From Opitutaceae bacterium BACL24 MAG-120322-bin51 (GTDB lineage Bacteria; Verrucomicrobiota; Verrucomicrobiia; Opitutales; Coraliomargaritaceae): a stretch of 64,000 bases of DNA. Below the pieces are notes generated by a model. The model was not told the origin of the DNA, ran no database searches, and was given only the letters and a program-made list of their open reading frames with translations. A program made the translations under genes and the position numbers. Every line of letters starts with the position of its first letter. Position 1 is the stretch's first letter. This document shows positions 57,671 through 64,000 of the stretch, piece after piece. The stretch lies in contig CAJJBN010000024.1 of the NCBI GenBank assembly GCA_905182435.1, positions 4,332 to 68,331 on the forward strand, written 5' to 3'.

Positions 57671-58659
57671 CGTGCAGCATCCTGTAAACTGGCAAGCACT
57701 TCACGCGCCAAGCGCTCGCTGTAGCCATTGATCTTCCAATGCCCCGGGCTCCAGCCTTTTAGAAAGCGATGAAAGTCCGTCCATGCCACCGGATAAAGCG
57801 ACCGCCAATCGTGCTCCAAGGCATCTAGATCGAGGTCAGTTCCTTGAGCAGTTAATGCGCCTCGCAAGGCTCCGAAATACAGCTCCAACAGGGCAGACTC
57901 CTCCCGCTCGCACGCCAGCTCGTCGAGACAACTGCCGATCAGATAGACCACATCCTTCATCCCGCAGCCTGCGCCGATGTATTGAAAATCGACCGCCGCT
58001 ACTGACGCGCCATCTTCTGAAAAGCAAAAGTTGGCTAGCTTGGCATCGCCATGCACCAGCGTCTGATACGGACTCGCCTTGAGCTTACGATCAATCGCAA
58101 TAGCCGCGTCTGTTAATCCAGGGTCTTCCTTTGCTAAGATCGCCAGCTCATCCGGCCGTGTATCCAAATGCCAATACGTGCCCTGCTCCCACAAGCCCCT
58201 CGGCTCGGCCCCCATAAAAGTCGCGTGGAAATGCGCCAACCACGACAAACAGGCGTGCAACTCAGTCTCACCCACGGTCGTGCGCCGCAACGCAAACCCC
58301 GACGCATCCAGATCCTCTAATACCATGATCGACTCGTGCCGCACCGACTCCAGCGCCAAGCACTTCGGCACCCGGCAACCCGGCCCACAACGCGCACTCC
58401 AGTCACGATACCAGGCCGCCTCCACTTCGTAGGACTTGAGCTTACGTTGATGCGACCGATCCGTATTCCACCCCCTTGGGTGTGTCACTGCCGCCGGCAG
58501 CGACACGTGTTTGACGACCACACTTTGCACAGACCCGCCCTTCAACCCATAACGCACAATCGAACCATAGCCGCTCCAAAGACTCTGGATCACGCCCAGC
58601 TCAATCAGCTCAGTGGCTCCAGTGGAGCTCAGAATCATCGATTTCAAATGCGTATTCAT
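57661..58659 (-). CDS. APH/choline-kinase-like phosphotransferase (EcKinase/DUF1679-like)
   Basis: [37 protein letters not shown]. Confidence 0.85.
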   Translation of the reverse strand: MNTHLKSMILSSTGATELIELGVIQSLWSGYGSIVRYGLKGGSVQSVVVKHVSLPAAVTHPRGWNTDRSHQRKLKSYEVEAAWYRDWSARCGPGCRVPKCLALESVRHESIMVLEDLDASGFALRRTTVGETELHACLSWLAHFHATFMGAEPRGLWEQGTYWHLDTRPDELAILAKEDPGLTDAAIAIDRKLKASPYQTLVHGDAKLANFCFSEDGASVAAVDFQYIGAGCGMKDVVYLIGSCLDELACEREESALLELYFGALRGALTAQGTDLDLDALEHDWRSLYPVAWTDFHRFLKGWSPGHWKINGYSERLAREVLASLQDAARCD

Positions 58660-58877
58660 TCGGAGACAGAGCATGAACAGCTCTCACCGCAATCCAAGAG
58701 CGAACTACTGAGCGACATATATTGCCATCTAGTCAGGCGTATCCTCGCTACCGATCGAGCGCGGCCTTTGCCAAATGAATCAAGCTTTCAATGCGACATC
58801 GAAAATGCTGCTCACCAATCTCACGATTGAAACCACGAGTGAACCAGAAGTTGTTTATAATAAAAAATAAAGACGCT

Positions 58878-60284
58878 CTAACTCAACTTCAGCGCCTTCG
58901 TCATTACGACGAACAACTCGTAGTTCTTGATAAACGGCGCAATCTGCTCAGATCCCGGCCCGAATGCGAATAGATCGATGCACTCGGAGGTGTAATTGTT
59001 TGAGGTCCAACCGATGGCGGTCTTTTTTAATAATTCCTTGGCTACGACCTTTGTCATCGCGCTAGAGAGATAAGTCGACTCGGGGTCATCCATCGTTGCT
59101 TGAATCGAGCGGCTTGATTCGGTGTCGCGACGATACCAGTGGCTTTGGTAAAGACCTCCGCATCGAACTGGCCAGTGGCTATAAATTTCTGCTCCAATGC
59201 CTCAAAGCTGCCAGTCATGTCATTGATACCATCGAGCGCTGGCCCGCTATCGACATACGCAGGCCCTGCTCCATTCAGCTGACAACCACCGGTGCCGTGA
59301 TCTGTAGTAATAATAAGCAAGGTATCGGGATCGTTTCGTAAATACTCCAAAGCAATCGGAATACAGTCATCGAACTCCAACAGCTCATGCAAAATTAGCG
59401 GCAGGATCGTTACCATGTCCCGCATGATCCACACGTCCGCCTTCGACTTGGAGGACAAATCCATCCTTCGATTGACTGAGACTCTTTAACGCTGCACGAA
59501 ACATCTCCGGTAAGCTCGGCACGTCAGAAAGTGCCGCATCGTTCTTTCGATCAATTGCATAAGGCAGATGTGAATTTGAGAAAAGCCCGAGCAGTCGTGG
59601 GCTGCTGGCTTGCGCAAGCAACTCCGTTTTCGTTTGCACGAAACGATAACCCTTACTCTTAAAATCTGGAATCGATGCGCCCTTCTGCCTGTCGGCTGTC
59701 CGTTGAAAATGCCGCAAGCCACCACCGAGCAACACATCAATCTCACGCTCATAATATTGCTGTGCGATCTCGTCCTCCATCCCGCGCTTCTCAACGTTGG
59801 CCGCGAAGCCCGCAGACGTCGCATGAGTGACTTTGCATGTCGTTACGAGACCAGTGGCTTTGCCAGCCTCCTTTGCATAAGAAAATAGAGGTTTCAGCGA
59901 GACGCCATTGGCATCCGTATTGATTACGCCGTTCGGCAGGCGCTGGCCACAGCCCAAGCGCAGGCAGCGGCAGCCGAATCGGTCACTGGCGAACTCGCCG
60001 AAGCGGTATCCTGCAGCGCGCGTGTTAGGCCGGGTTGCTCATAGACCTGCATCCAATTCAAGGGTGCCTTGCGATGGCGCAAACTCCAGTGATGTGCGAA
60101 GCCATAGGTGCCCGTACACATACCGTCCACGACTAGAAAGATTAAGTTCTTTGCCTTCGGACTCTTCGACTGGCGCACTCGATCCGCGGCGGCAGTACTC
60201 GAACCTAGCGTCACTGCGACACTACTCAAGCCAATGCCTTTAATGAACTGACGACGACTGGAGGACGGGGGGGGAGTTCGACAT
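58878..60284 (-). CDS. Tat-exported alkaline phosphatase (PhoA family); several frameshifts
   Basis: SRRQFIK twin-arginine signal; LIFLVVDGM, VTDSAAA, THAT, VEGGRVDHAGH and TTDHGTGG spread over four ORF fragments. Confidence 0.82.
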
Positions 60285-60338
60285 TCATCAATATTTATAG
60301 GCAGGTGAACACTGGAGGAAGCTAGAAAAAATGAAATA

Positions 60339-60968
60339 CTAGTTCGCTTGGTGATACCACGCCTCAACCAACTTTTTGATCGCCTCGGCAGACTCAGCTG
60401 CTTCAAAAGTCAATGATGCTGAATTGATGCAGTAACGCAGCCCGGTCGGTTCGGGACCATCTGAAAAGACATGGCCCTGATGCGAACCGCAGACCGCGCA
60501 ATGTACTTCGACCCGTGTCATACCATAGCTGACGTCGCGTGTTTCGCCCAGTGTGCGTTTATCGATCGGCGTAAAGAAGCTCGGCCAACCGGTGCCGGAA
60601 TCAAACTTTGTGGTGCTACTGAACAACGGCGTATCACAGCCAACACAACGATACAGACCGGTCTCCTTATTGTCGTTGTATGGATTGGCAAAGGGACGCT
60701 CGGTGCCTTGTTTACGGGCGACCTCATACTGAATATCCGTCAGCCGCTCCTGCCATTCGGCATCGCTGCGTAAAACCGGAAAGCGATCACCGCCAAGGTC
60801 CACATGCGAGGGCAGCCCACAGGCGCTCGCGCATTCGCTCACAGTTTCATCAGTTGATTCGGAAGAGGAGATCGGTTGTTCGGCCATGCTGAATTGAATT
60901 AAAAAGCCCCCCACTATCAAAGTAAGTAGGGCTGTAATTGATAGAGAGGAGCGGGATAGGTAGTTCAT
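60339..60968 (-). CDS. msrB: Peptide-methionine (R)-S-oxide reductase with N-terminal export signal
   Basis: [41 protein letters not shown]. Confidence 0.93.
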   Translation of the reverse strand: MNYLSRSSLSITALLTLIVGGFLIQFSMAEQPISSSESTDETVSECASACGLPSHVDLGGDRFPVLRSDAEWQERLTDIQYEVARKQGTERPFANPYNDNKETGLYRCVGCDTPLFSSTTKFDSGTGWPSFFTPIDKRTLGETRDVSYGMTRVEVHCAVCGSHQGHVFSDGPEPTGLRYCINSASLTFEAAESAEAIKKLVEAWYHQAN

Positions 60969-61321
60969 ACGGAGGATGAGATACCTCTCACAGTGTGCTT
61001 ATTCCCACTGAGTGCAAGTGCGCCGTGCACTCCACGAAGTGAGGCCGAACATTGCTTCGCTATCTACGGCGGCCCTTCGCTTGGTCTTTTTAATCAGTGT
61101 GCTGATTGACTGGCGGGACGAAAATAGGCAGAAATGGCTGTCTCACGTGAGGCGACGGGCAAGTGTCGCGAATGATTAGGATACTTCTGATCCGTGTTAT
61201 TCGCGGTCAAATCCTCATATTTGGTGAACGCACGCAAGGCCGTGATTGGAGGGTCAATTGTAGGGACGCTCCGTCGTTTCCTTGTGGTCATGTCGTCTGC
61301 GGCTCGGAATCCTGCACTCCC

Positions 61322-62816
61322 CTAAAACAGCATATCGTCCTCATCCGGATAGCGAATCTCAGTGAGACTGCCGTTGAATTTAGCTGCTAGGGCAGCGATC
61401 ACTTGAGGACCGAGTCGTGCCGAGGCTTCCTCAGTGGTCATCAGCGGCTCACCTGAATCAATAATTTTGGGCGCTGTCTTTTCTGTGGAAAAACTCCCGG
61501 CCGCCTCTTGGGCCTGCAGGTCTGCGGCGGCATCCATTGCTGCACGCTCAGGGTCCACTTCTGGCAGCTCCACATCGAGCAATGCATCGACCACACTATC
61601 CGGCGCTTCCAGCGCAGGTTTCGTGGGCGCTTCAACGACCAGTGTCGCTTCCACCTCAATTGCCTCAAGTGTTGATGGAACTAGGGCTTTTTTTTTTCGG
61701 GTAGCGTCGCCCCTGCGCCTGCCAGTTGTTTGATCAAACTGTCAATCGCACGCGAGCGGGGACTCCTCGGCTGCTTTCAATAGTACCACCTCAAAATTCA
61801 CTTTTTCCGACAGTCCGCGTTGTACCGATGCTTCACCACGATTCAAGGCATCGAGCATACGCATAATCGACTCAGTCGTCAGTGCGACGCCGAGTTGATC
61901 GCTCGAACCACGGTTATGAATCGCATCTAACAACGCTTCACGAACATACACTTCGAGATCCTGCAAAATACGAAATAAGTCGCGCCCTCTTCGGCATAGA
62001 TATCGACCGCGGCAATGATCGCGGGGTAATCGAGCGAACCGAGCGCTTTAGCGAGTTCGGCAATACGCTCGCCTGAAACCAGAGCCATACACATCGAGCA
62101 CGTCGCTATCGGCGATTTTACTGCCGCAGAATGAAATCATTTGATCGAGAATCGACTGCGCATCACGCATGCCGCCGTTGGCAAGACGGGCAATCGATGC
62201 AATGGCCTCAGCTTCAACCTCGATACCTTCAGCCTTTGAAATCTCGGTCAGCTTGTCAGCAATGACTTTGTCCGAAATTGGTCGAAATTCAAAACGCTGG
62301 CAGCGCGAGACGATGGTCGGCAAGACTTTATGCGCTTCGGTCGTCGCGAAGAAAAATTTAACGTGCGCAGGCGGCTCTTCGAGGGTCTTAAGCAGCGCAT
62401 TAAACGCAGCAGTCGAGAGCATGTGTACTTCGTCAATGATGTAGATTTTGTAAGTGCACTGCGTTGGCGCGTATTGACAGTCGTCGCGCAGTTCACGCAC
62501 TTGATCGACGCTGTTGTTCGAAGCACCATCGATCTCGATCACATCCATGCAGGAACCACCCATGATGGCTTGGCTGATCTCGGATTCGTTGTCAGGTGTA
62601 GCACTCGGTCCGCCTTCAGCATTGAGCGCTTTAGCAAACAAGCGCGCGGTGCTGGTTTTACCCGTGCCGCGTGGCCCGACAAACAAATAGGCATGTGCAA
62701 TGCGCTTGGTATCAATCGCGTTGCGTAAGGGTCCGCACGATATGGTCTTGCCCTACCAGTTCATCAAACTGTTTAGGGCGCCAGCGGCGTGCGATTACTT
62801 GGTAGCCTTTTTCCAT
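61322..62816 (-). CDS. dnaX: DNA polymerase III subunits gamma/tau; several apparent indels plus an A10 slippery site at 61688-61697
   Basis: [60 protein letters not shown]. The short form ends ...LPEKKKP* at 61681; a -1-frame extension runs to 61322. Confidence 0.88.
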
Positions 62817-62954
62817 CGAGGCTTTAAGAAAAGCTCTGATTTGAGGAAAGTTGCAAGGGGCTTTTTCAAGAACTTCGCCCTTTTCGAAAATCAATTAAAA
62901 AGAGACAGAGTAATAGCGACGAATTTAGCCCAATCCTGATGTCCGGACACAAAA

Positions 62955-63053
62955 GTGGCCAGGCACCCTACGGCACATGAGGATTAGGTGTTCGCTGCTT
63001 CCTTCCGGATCTGACGAGGTCAACCCGTCCAACATTGCATAGGACCCGGCCAC
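62955..63053 (-). ncRNA. ffs: Signal recognition particle (4.5S) RNA
   Basis: Reverse complement contains GTCAGATCCGGAAGGAAGCAGC, with terminal stem GTGGCC..GGCCAC; lies upstream of dnaX, a common synteny. Confidence 0.93.
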
Positions 63054-63183
63054 CGATAAAAGACACCCACTCTCGCTCTTCGTTCAACACTAAAATGAAC
63101 TATTTTCAGTCGATTGACAAAAAATTACGCACAGTGCCATTCCGTGTTCGACCTGCGCGACTGAATATTAGATCTTTTGGCAC

Positions 63184-64000
63184 ATGCAGCCAGCCGTCAC
63201 CCAACAGCGAAAGCAATTTTTCCCGGTCAATGATCTCTTTAGGGAATACCTGCACACGTTCCACCGCAGCCTCGACTTGCCCGTCAGCTACGAAGATTTA
63301 CTCAAATACGACGACTCCTTTCCTCTAATCAACAAGGAGGGCAACGACACCCTTTGGCAGACCTTGATCTATGAGCAGCAATTCGGCCGTGATGTCTATG
63401 AAGGCTTGAAACGCATCTACGTCCAGCTCCGCTCGGGCGGCGACGAGTCGATCCTAGGCAATCTCTACATTGATCGCGTCGATTTTTGTACCTTCGGTAA
63501 TACCAAACCAATGCGCGTGAGGTAATAATATTATAAATGATAATTACACCTATTTCTACGTTAAAAAAGCCGATGCGTCTCGTGTGTACGGGCTTGAGCT
63601 CGAAGAGCTACTCTCTCCCAATCAGATGAACTTCCTGGTCGACGGCGACACCTTGATCGAGGAACACATCATCGGTGTGCCGGGCGACGACTTCATTCGC
63701 GACTATCTGCCACGATCCGACTTGCACGAAGTCCGCCTCGCCAAGGAGTTCATCAAATTCAATGAACGCTGCTTCGTGCGCCTGCTCGGCGACATGCGCG
63801 CCTATAACTATGTGGTGGAGGTGACACCTGACTTTGAGCAAAACCAGTACCGGGTGCGCGCGATCGACTTTGACCAACAATGCTACGAAGGCCGCCGCAG
63901 CCTCTACTTACCGCAGTTTTTCAAAAACAACCTACCGGTGGTCAAGCTCTGCACCAACCTGATCAATCTAGACACGAGTCGACAGTATCAACGCGAAGAG
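63184..64000 (+). CDS. Hypothetical protein, partial, frameshift at ~63522
   Basis: ORF 63184-63525 continues in another frame (YFYVKKADASRVYGLELEELLSPN...LLGDMRAYNY...RAIDFDQQ), open to the window end; has kinase-like GD..xN / DFD motifs. Confidence 0.65.

Noticed and set aside
54938-62816. Genuine pseudogenes (argS, phoA-like, IMPase, dnaX)
   Set aside because: Motifs are intact, no in-frame nonsense decay was seen and the indels sit at homopolymers; sequencing error is more likely.

Overview
Bacterial DNA, most likely a marine Verrucomicrobiota (Opitutales-like). This is inferred from gene content: a prepilin/H-X9-DG-type protein, mcsA-mcsB-clpC and a Chlamydia-like class Ic RNR. No database was searched. 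Positions 1-22.7 kb are an accessory glycan-utilisation region: a sulfatase, two duplicated GPH/MFS sugar transporters, three GH5-like (clan GH-A) hydrolases and a prepilin-type protein. Next comes an AraC-linked four-gene operon (ferritin-like di-iron protein, FAD/NAD/[2Fe-2S] reductase, Zn-ADH, esterase). Last is a DeoR-linked operon with rhaA/rhaB homologues, two Zn dehydrogenases and a double-epimerase-like fusion, but no aldolase. The top hypothesis is that the four-gene operon is a P450-independent, non-heme di-iron sugar O-demethylation system, analogous to the CYP236A/ADH/esterase module of marine Flavobacteriia. Positions 23-64 kb are mostly housekeeping: nrdAB (class Ic signature, with NrdR and DnaA boxes), an ECF sigma module, tRNA-Lys/Thr/His, a HigBA-like TA pair, menF, a UvrD/PcrA helicase, cimA, aldA, fusA, hflX, UDG, clpC-mcsB-mcsA, ilvE, a divergent thymidine phosphorylase, argS, phoA-like, msrB, dnaX (A10 slippery site) and SRP RNA. 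Several REP-like and tRNA-linked repeats are present. About ten genes, including essential ones, are broken by 1-2 nt indels, most likely long-read assembly errors. No CRISPR array or intact transposase was found.
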